Assembly (NCBI GenBank): GCA_009602725.1
Contig: WELB01000013.1
Location: 188,464-252,463 of the forward strand
Length of the DNA stretch: 64,000 nt
Source of the DNA: Spirogloea muscicola
Lineage: Eukaryota
Reading direction: 5' to 3'
A program made the translations under genes and the position numbers. Below are positions 10,400-26,818 of the stretch, piece after piece. How positions within the stretch are numbered: the stretch's first letter is position 1; each line of letters starts with the position of its first letter. A model generated the notes under the pieces. It was not told where the DNA came from. It was given only the letters and a program-made list of their open reading frames with translations, and made no database searches.

Positions 10400-13300
10400 T
10401 CACAATACTTGAGAAAGCTCAGGCTGCCTTGTTGCTGGACGGTAGGCAACAAATGTGCCGTCATTGGCAAACGATCCAGGATTGAATGTCACAATTCCGT
10501 CGCATGTAAACTGCTGCTGACCAGCCCTGTCTGCGAGTACAAGCTGCAGAGCAGGCGAGCAATGTGTCAGCAGCATGCATGATGGCGGCAGCGGAGTGTC
10601 GCAGAGTAGCTAATTTAGCTCGCATGCAAATATATCGTTCTTGAGTATTGCAACTATGCCAAGGCCTTGAGAAATTTAAATTATACATTCACATAATTAA
10701 TTAAATGAATTATACATTCTAATCATCACATTACTGACACATTCCAGAAGAGCACCTGTGACCTACTGTGTGAGGTGCAGGGTACAGGCGCAAGGCGTAG
10801 TCAAAGTCCCAGAACACTGGCTGCGTGCTCAATGGCAAGGGGCACAGGTGGCCTTGTTGCAACACCGTGGCTACCAGCTGCATCATGCAATCTGAGGAGT
10901 CACTAGCTCATGAAGGACGTACTTAGCAATCAGATATGAAATGAAGGAGCTCAAGGAGCTCGCTTTTATGTCAGCACTAGCATGGATGGGCACAATGAGC
11001 CTACCAAATACTTGAATTAACATGAATTCATTGATTTAGTGAGTAGGTCGTACATGGTGAAAGGGTTCTTTCGTTTCATTGTTGGAGGGTGGGATGACAC
11101 ACGCCCTCCTCATGCGCTGAAGCAGATCATATCTAAAAACGACGATCTCCTGGCTGTAGAATTTGATTCTGCCAATATCACCATGTTGACATTCCGATTC
11201 AGCAGCCACTGCTAGACAAGCATGCTCCTAGACACTGTAACAAAGGCAGGCAGAGAGTCCAAATAGTGACGTGAATTTAATTAAAAACATTGCGCACCAT
11301 AGCGCAACAAGGTGGTAGCAACTGCAATCTTCACTGATCGTTACCTGCAAGGGTTGCTACCAAATACAGCATCCGGAATGTGCTCTCGCACAGCACTGGC
11401 AAAGTAATTAGGCAGGGCGGGCCTGGGCAGAACGTTTGCAGGACCTGGATCATCATGGTAATACCACTGGACCGTTCATGAAGGTACTGCTTGGCATGCA
11501 TGACATTGACTACTGGCACTGTCAATGATAAACAGGAGATCTGTATTATCAAGATGCCTTAATCTATGTCCATGTAATGTTGAAATTAAAACATTCTCAC
11601 CCCTAATCTTTCCTTTCCTTGTAGTGGTACCCTAGCAATAACCTAAATGGTTGTGTAGCGGTGAGGATCTCATTAGGATTGAAAGGTGGACAGCATGCAC
11701 ACAAAAGCATACCTGGATCACCAGGTCCAGGAACGAAAATGAAGCGGCTGCTTGCCCGTATTCTAGAGTGACTGCTGATTGTAGCCCCTAATCTGCTGAA
11801 CTGCGATCTGGCAAAAGAGGCAAACAAAGACCAGTATGACAATAGATATGGTTCGACTCCTCCATTATTGTCAAAAGGATCATCAATTATCACACTTGCA
11901 ACAGCCACTCAGTCAAGACTTGCATACTTGAGCAGGGAGAAATCTGAGAAGGCGAGGTTGCACGGCTTGGAGCAGAAGTCGCCGATGAGGATGAAGAGCG
12001 AGGGAACGACTTCCACACTCTCGTATCCTGCCAGCACAGTCTCCAGCCTCCTCATAGACTGCGCACAAAGGCCCATCAAACATCGCGAAAGGTGACGCGA
12101 GGTCGCAGGATGGCAGCAAAGACTGAATCCTAAGCCTAGAGCTTGAAGTTCTAACACCTGAGGCTGATCTAAGCAGGAATAGTTTCGGATGTCCTCATTG
12201 TTCACCTCTTCATTGTCGAGCCATACGTCAGAGAGCACCACAAACATGTCATTCGCTGCCGCCTTCTCCAGTTCCAGCAAGTGTCTCTGCAAGTCACTGT
12301 CCACCTCAAATCAGTCTGTAGTGCCTCTTCATCTCTTTATAACGTGGCCCACAATACAGGTCCAATCTTCACATCTGGCGCGACTACACAAATCTCCTGG
12401 ACGTCAAGCCCTGAATCCTCTTTGGTCCTTGCTGCATAGAGCCATAAGCATTTTAGTGCACCTCATAAGAGCAGAGACCTGTGTAGACCCATATCCCAGT
12501 GCAAACAGGTAGCATTTATGTATCACTTTGTGCTAAGTAGCACACGACAAGTGGAGGAGAAGGTGAGCAGAAGCAGCTGGAATTTTCAGCATGCAGGCGA
12601 TTGGTGTGTAACAAAGGGCCCCAGATCATACCTCTTCGTCGGCTTTCAGAGGCCCAGCTCCAAAGAAGTCCAGCCCATCCGTGACTTTCATGTCGTCCCT
12701 GTGCTTGACGGGAGGGTAACCCATGGCCTTTGCCTGTGCAGGCAAAGAGACGCCGGAGTTCCTTAGAAGATAGGCACAATGACTAAGTGCAGGGCGCCAT
12801 GGTGCACTACTGAAACAAGGCTACCATGGGGCTGGAGGTGCTTCTGAGAGAGGGACTTCACAGTGACATGTACCTTGAAGACTCCTTCTGGCTGGAGCTC
12901 GCCCTCAATGACCACCATGCTATTCTCAGTGAAAAGTCCAGTTGTCGTCAAGTGAATTCAATATGTTGTCAAGGTAATGCTGGACTCCAAGTGCTGCTCC
13001 ACGCTGAAGCCTAACCTTTAACCCTCTTACCTCTAGGACAGACCTTGGGCTTCAAAGTAGCTACAATCTCCTGCTTTGACCAAAAAGGACCTGCACCACA
13101 AGGGTGACGGTAATGGCATAGACTACTGCTAACACGACTCGCGCACGTCTTATAGTCTGAGCTTAAGGAAAGGCTTTGCCTTTGCTTCGCATTCGCCTGC
13201 TGCTTTTGTCTCAAGGATATAGCGCTTGACAAGTCCACCGGAACTGATGCATTGTTGTCCTCGAGGAAGAAGCGGCCATCTTCGAGCTGGGAGATTGCGC

Positions 13301-14226
13301 CCATCACATACTTTATACCAGTGCAGCCCACAAGTGACTGGATTGGCGTCAGCTGCACCACCAGACAGAGCAGCATACTATGAGCTCAAATGACATGGTC
13401 AGCAATCTAGAGCAATCTAGAGCACATCGGTACTCAGGTGATGCCATGGTCTGGGCACCTCGCAGTACTCTGTTTCTGAGCCTTTCAGGAGCAAGGCGGG
13501 CCGCGTGAACAGCTTGTTGCGCAGCAGCCTCTGCTGCAGAAGCGCCAGCCTCTCCCTGTACAGCTCAGTCTTCGAGCTGGCATCGCTGTGGAGCGACCTT
13601 GTCCCTGTGTCCCTGACCAAAACGTGCTCTGGGGTAAGCTGGTGCATTACGTTCTGCAAACAGCAATCATTGAAAGCCCGACAAGCAAAGCTCATGTCAT
13701 GCATGTGGGCTCTTCGGATGCTACACTGGCTAGCCGTGAGGCTCACCGGAAGAAGACCTTCCGGACGGGGTCGTATCTGTTCCTCGGCATCTCGAACGCG
13801 TCAACGACTGTGAGGTGATCCTTGTCTAGGTGCAAGGCCGCTCCTCCGAGGTGTGCAAGCACTTCGTCAACCACAGACTTCCTCACCACGTTTGACGACA
13901 CTGCCATCATACATCTCGGGACTTATGTATTGTAAGGGAGCCCAGTGCCATGCTTCTTGGCAGGTGGCTCAACAGCTTCAGTGTACAAGCAAGGTACGTG
14001 CAAGGTCATGAGTAGCATCGCCTTGACGGTTTGCAGCATCTCACTCACAGTTCTTCTTGCACAAGGCGCTAACCACCAGCGCTACTGCCTCCTCCTCTTT
14101 GTAGCCATAGTTGCGAGTGAACTGCGACACAGCTCGCACAGCGTCCATCACCATCTCCAGGCCCTGCAGCTTGAAGCTGAGCTTCAGCTGCTGCAGGGCC
14201 CGGTGGTCCTCCGGCGTGGCTCCCAT
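10400..14226 (-). CDS. POLE2: DNA polymerase epsilon subunit 2 (DPB2/POLE2), multi-exon
   Basis: Exons read LKLSFKLQGL, LYRERLALLQQRLLRN, QLEDGRFFLED, TTGLFTENSMVVIEG, FVVLSDVWLD, RFIFVPGPGDPG, SNPCR, QGHLCPLPLSTQPVFWDFDYALRLYPAP and FNPGSF; stop TGA at 10400-10402. Confidence 0.93.
12952..13220 (-). other. U12-type AT-AC intron in POLE2
   Basis: 5' splice site ATATCCTTG follows ...DLSSA. A branch-site-like ACCTTGAC lies about 17 nt before the acceptor ttcAC, and splicing joins in frame to LTTTGLFTE. Confidence 0.85.
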
Positions 14227-14803
14227 GGTCGTTGCAGGCAGCAAGCTAGCCTACTCCCAACGGCCCTGCAGGTCGATGGCCGCAGCTCGACATCAGCAGC
14301 TACGACGATGACCGTCATGGCACAGCGGTGTAGCTGCTGAGCAAGTGCACCATGAGCTGATCATAGACTACTAAAGGCTGCGAGCCATGGATCACGCCTC
14401 AAGCGAGCTCGATTCACCGGTGTCGAGCATCAGGGGAAGCTCAGCGTCACTGCCGCTCCGGGCCTTGGCCTTCAAGCTGCCGCCATCAGAGGGGGCTCTC
14501 GAGTCCCGGCCAGCAATGGCGGGAGGAAGGACGGCCGATGGGAGGCGCCTCACGGCCAGCTTACGCACAAGCGGCGTTGCCGGCGGCCTGGTCACGTGAG
14601 CAGAGCCGGCGGAAGCCCGGCGGGTCGACGACGCCGGCCTCCCTGGCGAGGCTCTGCGCACCCACCGCCGCCGCCGCCGCCGCCGCCGCCTCCGCCTAGG
14701 TGCGGCCCTGGGGGGCCGGTTGCCGGCGATGCTCGGGCGCTAGGGCCTCAGAGCGAGGCTGGCGGCGGCCTCTGCTGCTGCCGGCTCCGCCGCCCCCCGC
14801 TCG

Positions 14804-17245
14804 ATGGCGGCGGCGNNNNNNNNNNNNNNNNNNNNNNNNNNNNNNNNNNNNNNNNNNNNNNNNNNNNNNNNNNNNNNNNNNNNNNNNNNNNNNNNNNNNN
14901 NNNNNNNNNNNNNNNNNNNNNNNNNNNNNNNNNNNNNNNNNNNNNNNNNNNNNNNNNNNNNNNNNNNNNNNNNNNNNNNNNNNNNNGGCAGCGGCAGCGA
15001 GGCGCCTGCGATGCACGGCGACGACGGCTGCGCAGGCGCCGGGGCGCGAGCCGGCGCCTCTGCCGCCGCCGACGCCGCCGCGTGCGGCCTATGTGCACAT
15101 CCCCTTCTGCCGACAGCGCTGCCACTACTGCGACTTCCCCATTGTCCCGCTTGGCGACGACGCCCCCGCCGAGCGCGCTGCCGCTAGAATGGAGGACTAT
15201 GTCGACGCCCTGTGCCGCGAGATCAGAGTGTCGTTGGAGCAGGCGCGGGGCCATGCTCCGACAACTGCATCGCACCGCCTGGACACCGTCTTCTTCGGCG
15301 GCGGCACGCCTTCGCTGCTGCCCCCCGGCCTGCTGGAGACTGTCCTGACCACGCTGGACGAGTCCTTTGGAATCTCTGACGCAGCGGAGGTGCCGTTCAA
15401 CTGACGCTTTTGATGTCCCAGGTCTGACATCAACATTTATGTCAAGGGATCTTATAGATTAGGCCTTTCTACTGTCATAGAGCTGAGGGCTTCCCAATCC
15501 ATGTCGGAGTCTCTGGCTGGCATGCTGTTGTAGCTTCAGAGCTTCAAGGTCATTTGCAGCTTGGCTGGCCATCCTCGTCATTGGCCCCTCATTATAGCAA
15601 AGTGTTAATTGCTCTTTGAGTTTAGGGGTTTGGAGTCATGGTGCTTCCTCTCATGTAAACAACCTCAACCTCTCCTCCATTTCAAGACCACCAACTCTCA
15701 TTCCATAATAAACCATGCTTATTGGTGTTGCCAGATATCCATGGAGATGGACCCGGGCACGTTTGACAGGGCGAAGCTGCTGAGCTTCGCTGGGCTAGGT
15801 GTCAACCGCGTCAGTCTCGGAGTCCAGGCCTTTCAAGAGGACGCCCTGAAGGTGATCACATCTCCCTGAAGAGGTTGACCTTCCAGCCTTGTCCTAGCAT
15901 AAGTACCAAAGCTTTGAGCTAAAACAAGCAGACTTATACGTGTCGTTTTTGCATAGCTGCAGCCAACTCGTTTGAGGCAAGACAAGAGGCTGGACCACCT
16001 CCATGCTCAGGAAGTTCCTGCTTGTTATGTGCAAATTGTAGGCCTGTGGAAGGGCACACTCTCTTCGTGACGTGTACACTGCAATCGAGGACATTCACAG
16101 TGTCGGCATTCGAAACTGGAGCCTGGACTTGATCTCAAGCTTGCCCCATCAAGGAATGACAACGTGGAAGCACAGCCTTTCCAGAGGTCTACAGTCATAT
16201 CCCTTGGGTCCACGGACAATCTCTATCATGATGGCAGGGTTTCTGGTTGGTCTATCATTGTCTTGACAAGGAAACTTGTCTCTTATGCTGCAGCCATACA
16301 GGCAGATCCTGCACACATATCCATCTATGACCTTCAAATTGAGGAAGGCACTGCTTTTGCTAGACGCTTCAAGCCAGGCATGAGCCCTTTACCATCGGAC
16401 GATCTCTCCGCAGACATGTACCGTGAAGCTGCTGGGACTTTGGCAGGTGTGTGCCATGCAAGCAATGAAGTCTCACAAATGGTTGGAAATGTATGCTTCC
16501 ATCGCTCCAGCATAAGCCCTACTGCACCAACTTAGCACAGTGCCTCTGATTTATTGAAATGTGTGCATGCCCTGTGCTCAGAGCAAGCTTTGCTGGCCTC
16601 AATTGCGCAGGCGCAGGCTTTGAGCACTATGAGATCAGCAACTATGCTAAGCCAGGCTATCAATGCCGTCACAACATGGTGTACTGGCACAATGCATCTT
16701 TCAGAGCTTATGGCTTGGGTGCAGCGAGCTACATTGACAATCAGCGGTTCACAAGGCCCAAGACCATGACGGCATACAAGAAATGGGTAGATGATTATGC
16801 AAAGGGTGGAGGCGTCATCCAGTGGCCGAATAATACATTAGAAGATCGTCTATATGACACTGTGATGCTCGCTCTGCGGACAACAAGGGGCTTGAACATG
16901 GTAGAGCTTAGTCAAGAGTTTGGCGCGGGAGTAGCTGAGCACATTCGGAGTGAAGCTCGGCCATTTGTCCACAGTGGTCTTGTTCTCCCTCTTGATTCCG
17001 ATGGCAATTGCCTAAGACAAGAGCATGTTGATCTTGGAGCGGATACAGAAGCTGGCACAGCTCAGGAGTCAGAGAACGGACAGATATCTGCTATTAGCAA
17101 GGAGATCAGGTTCCTCAGATTGAGTGATCCAGAGGGCTTTCTGCTATCCAATGAGGTCATCTCGTCTTTATTTGCAGCCCTTTCAGCAATCAATCTTGCC
17201 AATACTGCTGAGGTCACCTCCTGTGGCTCTCATGCCTGTAAGTAG
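14804..17245 (+). CDS. Radical SAM HemW/HemN-like protein (RSAD1-like heme chaperone family), multi-exon, gap in exon 1
   Basis: AAYVHIPFCRQRCHYCDF (CX3CX2C), TVFFGGGTPSLL, ISMEMDPGTF, GVNRVSLGVQAF, HISIYDLQIEEGT, FEHYEISNYAKPGYQCRHNMVYW, RLSDPEGFLLSNE. Confidence 0.9.
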
Positions 17246-17549
17246 ATTTGTACACAACCATTGTTTCAATTTTAATCGTCTGTGTTTCAGCGTCCATTTC
17301 TCTAACAAGTCGATACATTGTCCACTTTGTCAAAATTTTACGCTTCTGCGTGACTTGACATTAATCTCCTTCTCGACCTGAGGCAGTGTGTATCAACAGA
17401 TTGCGTGCAAATCCATACTCAGCCAGCTGGCTCTCGTCTTTGCAGCTGCGCCTGGAAGCCAGAAGTCCAGGGGACCTGAGGCCAGCAGGCTCTTAACGCT
17501 GGACGCTTGAGTTCGGGCCAGAGTTATGGTGCAAGGCTCGTGCAAAGGC

Positions 17550-18410
17550 ACGAGTGGCTGTTGGAGGGCAGCCCAGAAAGATGAACAAGGTCTAAGGGCA
17601 AGCCCCAAGACAAAGAAGCAAAACACGAGGGCAACTAAGCTGCTACAACGGAGAGCCAGTAAGTAAACCCTAGTTGGTCCTGATCCAAGGTACCAAAGGT
17701 AGCGACGTGTGATTTCATTTGTTCTCATTCTGTTACTGGCGATCCAAGGTTCGGGAGCATTGGAAGCATGCACTCTTCTTGGCCGTCCCTGTTGGGCTGG
17801 GCCCCTCACAGCTATCGCCTTATCTTGGAAGAGCTAGTCGTTCTTGCCCAACCTGCGAACCGCAAGCCCGAGTGACTAGCAGCAGGGAGGCAGGCAGTGT
17901 GGTGCTGGCCAGTCGTGCTCGCCGGTGGTGAAGGGGAAAAGTAAGCTTATCCAAAGGGGGCGGATGCTGTAAGAAGTGGCTGATGGGGACACTAGTACTC
18001 ACAAGTGAGCACATCGACATTTGACAAGCTAAGCTGAGGAGCCGGACCCACCGCCACGAAGCCCGTTAGCCTGGCCTAGAAAGAAGTGGCACTTCCATAA
18101 GGGACTGAACCTTTCTCCCCCAGATGGGGGCGATGGCTGTGAAAGGAGAATGGGCTCGCCCGCTGAGGATAGGGGCTGGCAAAGCCAGCCCAGAAAGGAA
18201 GGAAGTAAGTACGAGAAGGGGGCCAGGGGAAGCGCAAAGCACAACACGCACAACAAGAAACAAAGTAGCTACGTATCACTCAGTAACCCCTGCTAAGCAG
18301 CCTCAGGTCAGAGAAGCTAGGCTCCTGGAAGTGGGTCCCCTGGCCAGAGCCAGAGGACTGAACCCTTTTCCCCCAGACGGGGGCGATGGCTGTGGAAGGC
18401 CAGCCGCTCT
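17550..18410 (-). mobile_element. Fragments of CRE-like element 3' end and 3' motif
   Basis: GSGQGTHFQEPSFSDLRLLSRGY* at 18280-18355, the same tail type as 56880-56957. Motif copies occur near 17570 and 18175, and ggactgaacc..ttcccccaga.ggggcgatggctgtg is locally duplicated near 18100 and 18355. Confidence 0.65.
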
Positions 18411-18657
18411 GAATGGGCCCATCGTCACAATCACCAACCGGAGAGAGGCATCTCCCAGTTCCTGGGCGTGGAGGGAGGGCCCCCGGCACCCCCCTCCCCG
18501 CCCTGCCCTCCTGTCTATGTGCGGGCCCCTCCCTCCTTGCGCATTCATTTGCGCCACCCCGCCACTCCGCTCCACACTCCACACTCCCGCAGCCTCCGCC
18601 GCAGCTGCCGCCGCGGCTCGCGGCGGCCACGGCGGCGGCGGCGGCGGCGGCTGCGGC

Positions 18658-21778
<3,121 letters not shown>

Positions 21779-22431
21779 GCAACAACTAACACTAGGCAAC
21801 CTGACTCGCCCCCAGCAATCACAGAACTTCTCGAACCTCAGTAGAACCGTATAGACTCTTGCAAGGGGACCAATTTTTTGGTTTGCAGCAATGATTGACA
21901 TCCTGTGGCAGCAACTCATTGCTGCAGCAGAGGTTGCTGCGCAAGCACATGATGCTCCAGGGTGTAGCACCTCTGCTCTGCACAAGGTCCTCTGCCTGCA
22001 GCCGCTTCTTCTAAGTCCACTCTCAGAACTCCTACATTGACCGCAATGACAGCGCGTATGAGTGACCGGAGTGTCACGCTGGTGCTGCCGATGCACTGAA
22101 GAATTTTTGCCCACCCCCGAGTGGCGCCCTTTGTGCCGACATATAGGAGCGCATTCAAGGGCTAGCTTCTATTGTGAGATGTGTAACGTCCTGTTCTCCA
22201 TACCTTGACTTGCCTCAGGAAGCCTACTTACAAAAGCTTATACGTCTTTCTGACCACGGCGCTTAGGCAGAGGTGGACTGTAGTGAAGGCATACGCCACC
22301 TCTGATGTGAAGGACAGTGAAAGGACCAACAGCAGGAATACAAAGGCCAAGGTCTGCAGTAGTAAGTGGCAGAACGGCTCTCCAAAGCCTTGGGCAAAAG
22401 CATGTAATCTGTTGCAGGTGATGAGCAAGGC

Positions 22432-25400
22432 TCAGTCTGCGCCAAGCCCAAGCGACTTTGGCCGCTGGACAGCCGCAATGGGCGCGACAAGGCCCTGGCC
22501 CTGGGCGCCGAGGCCGCGCCCCAGCACATAGCCCATCTTTGACAGCATACGGCCTCCAAAGCCCGAGGTGTGCACCTCAAAGCTGCCGAACGTGCTGGAG
22601 GCAAAAGCTGCGCTGCCGCCACCCTCGCCGAGGCCGAGGCCAGCAGTTGGTCCAGGGCCTGCAGCTGCCGCAGCCAGTGGCTCGTCACTGACAATGGTGC
22701 CGTGTGACACAAACTCAACTGGCTGATCGGCACGGCTGCGACGGCGGGAGGCGCCCATGGTGGCACTCGGTGGCTCGCGCAGCACTGAACCCCGGGCGCC
22801 GCCTGCCAGCCGGGCCCTGGCGCCCCGGCTGCTACGCTGGCGGCGGGCAGCCTTCAGAGCCTCCATCACTGCGTCCTGCTGCGCCGCTTGCCGCGCCGCC
22901 CGGCGCGCCTTCTTGGCAAGCCGGCTCAGCTCCGCTCGCGGCGGCAGGTCATCATCGTGGTCGCCACTGAAGAGCTTGGGCAGCGGCAAGATGCCAATGC
23001 CAATGCCTCCGCCGCAGTTGGCCCTCAGTCGTGATGGTTGCTGCTCAGAAGCCTTCGACAGCTCCATCATCTGCGTACAGACATTGCGGTAGAGCCAAAG
23101 CGTCACAGTGGGCGTGGCCAATGACACGCAAATACAGCAACAATCTTGGGAGGGCGCCCCACCTTCTCCACTTCATATGAGTCCTGGATCACGGGGGTAG
23201 GCACGTGTGCACATCACACCACACGGAAGCACATCACAATATATTACTCCTCCAAGGAGCAAAACAAACGATAGCTGAAATGATGTTGCCTTGCAAGCTT
23301 GCAAGGTTCACGCAAATATGGAGTTGGGCACATACATACAGCAGCTGCTGCAGGTCAGCATCAGGCGGCATAGCCGTATGCGCAGTCCTTGTCAAGCACA
23401 GGATCCTGGAGATGGTGCAGAAGTCAGGAGACACGCAGAGCTCACTTACAGAACTCATGAGTCACTGCATTTGCACTAACTTGTGGGGCAGGCAAGCAGG
23501 CGCGAGGACATGGAGGTGCATTGAGAGCGAGGAGGGCGCACCGGCGCTTGCCAGACCCCTGGCTGCTGCACTTGAGGCGGTAGAGGCCAGCCAGCTGGTG
23601 GATCTGCAGCAAGGCATGGTCGCGGTGGCACTTGGACTTGACTTGAACATCAAGCTCAACTGCTTAATCTCTACTCCGCATTTGATATCACACTGAAACT
23701 ATAAGGTCTACCTAACCAATCTAACAACAACACCATCAACTCTGGGAAAGTTGGGCTGGCATTTCACAGCCACGGCCTCTTTGTTGAGCAAGCCTTCGTT
23801 TCAGAGTGGATGACAATCGGTGCCCTGCCCTACCTGGGTGCGCCACTTCGAGTGCTGCGGCGAGAAGGCGAACATGTCCACTTCCTCGCTCACCATCTCA
23901 GCAATATCCTGTACACAGTGGTGCCGCATGCGCAGCCCGTGAGCTGCTGACTGCATCAAACTGACACTTGATTGGCTTTGAGCCCGACACCTTGGCTACT
24001 CTGATACAGACTGCATCACCCCGTGCCCTGGAGGACACAACATCTCCTTTAGTGGGCAAGTCTCGCCCTCTCGCAGGACGAGCGCATGCAGGAGTCGAGG
24101 CTCATCCTCAAGGCCAACAGGTCTGACCACCTTCAATCCAGGAAATCTGAACGTTCATGCTGTCCTCTTGTCACCGGCAACTTCAGGAGCTTCAAGTCTT
24201 AGGTCGGGCACCTTGATAAGCACGGACGACTATCAAGAGCAAATATGACAGCCAAGACTCCATGATGCAGTCCAAGAGCTACACCAACTTCACCTTCTCT
24301 TTGACCGCTCTGCCTGAGCGGCTATAAGTGAGAACTTTGCCGAAAGGAGGGGGAACTTGGTCAAGAAGTGGGAGGTCTTGTCGGTGATTGGTGGTAAATG
24401 CTGGTATTCAGCATTTAACTTCGGTGATGCCGACAGGCGGGGACGGGCCTGCACGTTGGCACTGACCTTGTTGGCAGCCCGCAGGTCGAAGCCGCTGCTG
24501 CGGGCGAGTCGGGTGGCACGGACGGCCTCGATGTGCTCCCCGCGCAGCCGCTTCATCTCGCCGGGCGCGAGCTTGGGCTTGGCCAACTTCCTGCCATGGG
24601 CAGCCGACCGGCCACCGACCGGCCACAGGGCCGTGAGGCTAGAGTCAGCATTTCCATCGGCAGCGGGGAAGGCAGCTGCCGCCGCGGCACGCCGGCTGGC
24701 GACGCGCTCCGCTCGGCTTGGCGCCCGGAAGCTGGCCTCCACAGTCTCCTCCCACGTCATCGCCGCAGTGCCGCCGCTGCATCCAGTCCTGCCCCCGCCG
24801 CCGCCGGCCTTCCCCTCCTCCTCGTCGCTGAAGTTGTCCATGGCCAGCGCCCGTTCTTGCACGCGGATGCGCTCACGCAGGTCACGAATTTGGCATGTCA
24901 GCCTGGCGAGCTCCACCTTGTCCCCCGCGACGGCGGCCATCGCAGCGGCCTTGGCGGCACTACCCCGCTGCCGGCTGTGCCAGGCCTCGGAAGTCAAGAC
25001 CTCGATGTCGCTCGATCCAGAGGACAATGCTGCTGTGGCGCCGCTCTTGCCGCTCACAGTGGCCTCCGCCACAGGCCGCAGACTGCTGGCCATGCCCTCG
25101 ACCTCAATGACGAGGTCATCGTCCTTATCCTCGTCCTTGTCCTCGTCATGGCGGTCGCCGCCATCTTCGCTTCCTGGGCTGCTGCTGATCATGCTGCCGT
25201 CCCAGTCCACCGCCGGGCGCCGCAGCAGCCAGGCGCCGTCCAGCACCGGGACACTGCCGCTGCCGCCACGATCGATCCCCCCGCCCCGCTGGACCTCCAG
25301 GTTGCTGATGTAGTCGTCGGCCGCGTCATCGTCAATGCTCCCAAGGCTGTCCCAGGCCTCGTCGTCGTCGCTGTCCTGACTGTCATCGTTTTCACCGCCA

Positions 25401-25792
25401 CCGCTGACGGTGCGGCTAGGCCCGCCGGTCTTGTCCACCCACACCCGCACGCCACCAATGACCAGCGGCCGGCTCACCAACGCCCGCCGGCCGCCGAGAC
25501 TGACCTGGAAGCCGCGGCGATGATATTGGCTGCCACCACCGCGGCCCTGGCTGACAGCAGGCGGCACCGTCGGCACATCGCTGCCGAGCGGCCGGCCGAT
25601 GGTGCCAGCACGGTGGTACAGGTGTGACGGGCTGCCTGCTGCTGCTGCCGCTGCCGCCGCCGTCTCTGCAAGCGGCAGAGGGCTGGCCTTGCCGCCACTG
25701 CCGCCGCCGCCGCCGCCGCAGCCGCCGCCGCCGCCGTAGTCCAGGAAGTAGGGCAGGCCGATCGGTGCCAGCGCAGCGGCGGCGGCGGCGGC
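22432..25792 (-). CDS. R3H + G-patch domain protein, multi-exon; start probably in the gap 25793-26366
   Basis: C-terminal G-patch FEVHTSGFGGRMLSKMGYVLGRGLGAQGQGLVAPIAAVQRPKSLGLGAD*. R3H formed across a splice: FSPQHSKWRTQ|IHQLAGLYRLKCSSQGSGKR. Long acidic, low-complexity N-terminal exon. Confidence 0.82.
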
Positions 25793-26818
25793 NNNNNNNN
25801 NNNNNNNNNNNNNNNNNNNNNNNNNNNNNNNNNNNNNNNNNNNNNNNNNNNNNNNNNNNNNNNNNNNNNNNNNNNNNNNNNNNNNNNNNNNNNNNNNNNN
25901 NNNNNNNNNNNNNNNNNNNNNNNNNNNNNNNNNNNNNNNNNNNNNNNNNNNNNNNNNNNNNNNNNNNNNNNNNNNNNNNNNNNNNNNNNNNNNNNNNNNN
26001 NNNNNNNNNNNNNNNNNNNNNNNNNNNNNNNNNNNNNNNNNNNNNNNNNNNNNNNNNNNNNNNNNNNNNNNNNNNNNNNNNNNNNNNNNNNNNNNNNNNN
26101 NNNNNNNNNNNNNNNNNNNNNNNNNNNNNNNNNNNNNNNNNNNNNNNNNNNNNNNNNNNNNNNNNNNNNNNNNNNNNNNNNNNNNNNNNNNNNNNNNNNN
26201 NNNNNNNNNNNNNNNNNNNNNNNNNNNNNNNNNNNNNNNNNNNNNNNNNNNNNNNNNNNNNNNNNNNNNNNNNNNNNNNNNNNNNNNNNNNNNNNNNNNN
26301 NNNNNNNNNNNNNNNNNNNNNNNNNNNNNNNNNNNNNNNNNNNNNNNNNNNNNNNNNNNNNNNNNNGGCGCCGCGCCGCGCGGCCCTCGCCGGGCGCGGC
26401 GGCGGCGGAGGCGGCGCGAGTGGCGGCCAAGTTACTTGCTGGCAGCTCAAGGGGAAGACAGTTGGTTAAGGGGATCCATCATCACCCCGTTTAGCTGAGG
26501 GCCACAGCCGCGCCGCCCCGTCACCGGGGCGCTTAACCGGGCCTGAACGGGTTAACCGCGGTTGCCCGGACCTGAACGAATCAAGGCCCCCCTCGGCCGA
26601 TCCCGCCGTGCGCGACGATCCCGGAACACGGGCTTGGTAGGGGAGGGCCTTTTAGGAAGGTTCGAGCACAAACCGGGCAAGCACGGAGCCGGTTAAGTCC
26701 CCGGCAAGCCCCAAGGGGAGGGGTTTTTGGCCACTTGCCTTCCCTCCCGCCGCCAGCGACGCCGCCACGCGCGGTGGCCGCGGCGGCGGCGGCGCTGGCG
26801 CTGCGGAAGCTCGACGGA

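Noticed and set aside
14392..14661. Small minus-strand ORF between POLE2 and the HemW-like gene
   Set aside because: No ATG start or recognisable domain; it is probably a POLE2 5' leader or promoter sequence.
25690..26420. (GGC/GCC)n runs flanking several gaps as retroelement target sites
   Set aside because: They coincide with GC-rich gene 5' ends where short-read assemblies break, and no element junction was seen directly in them.
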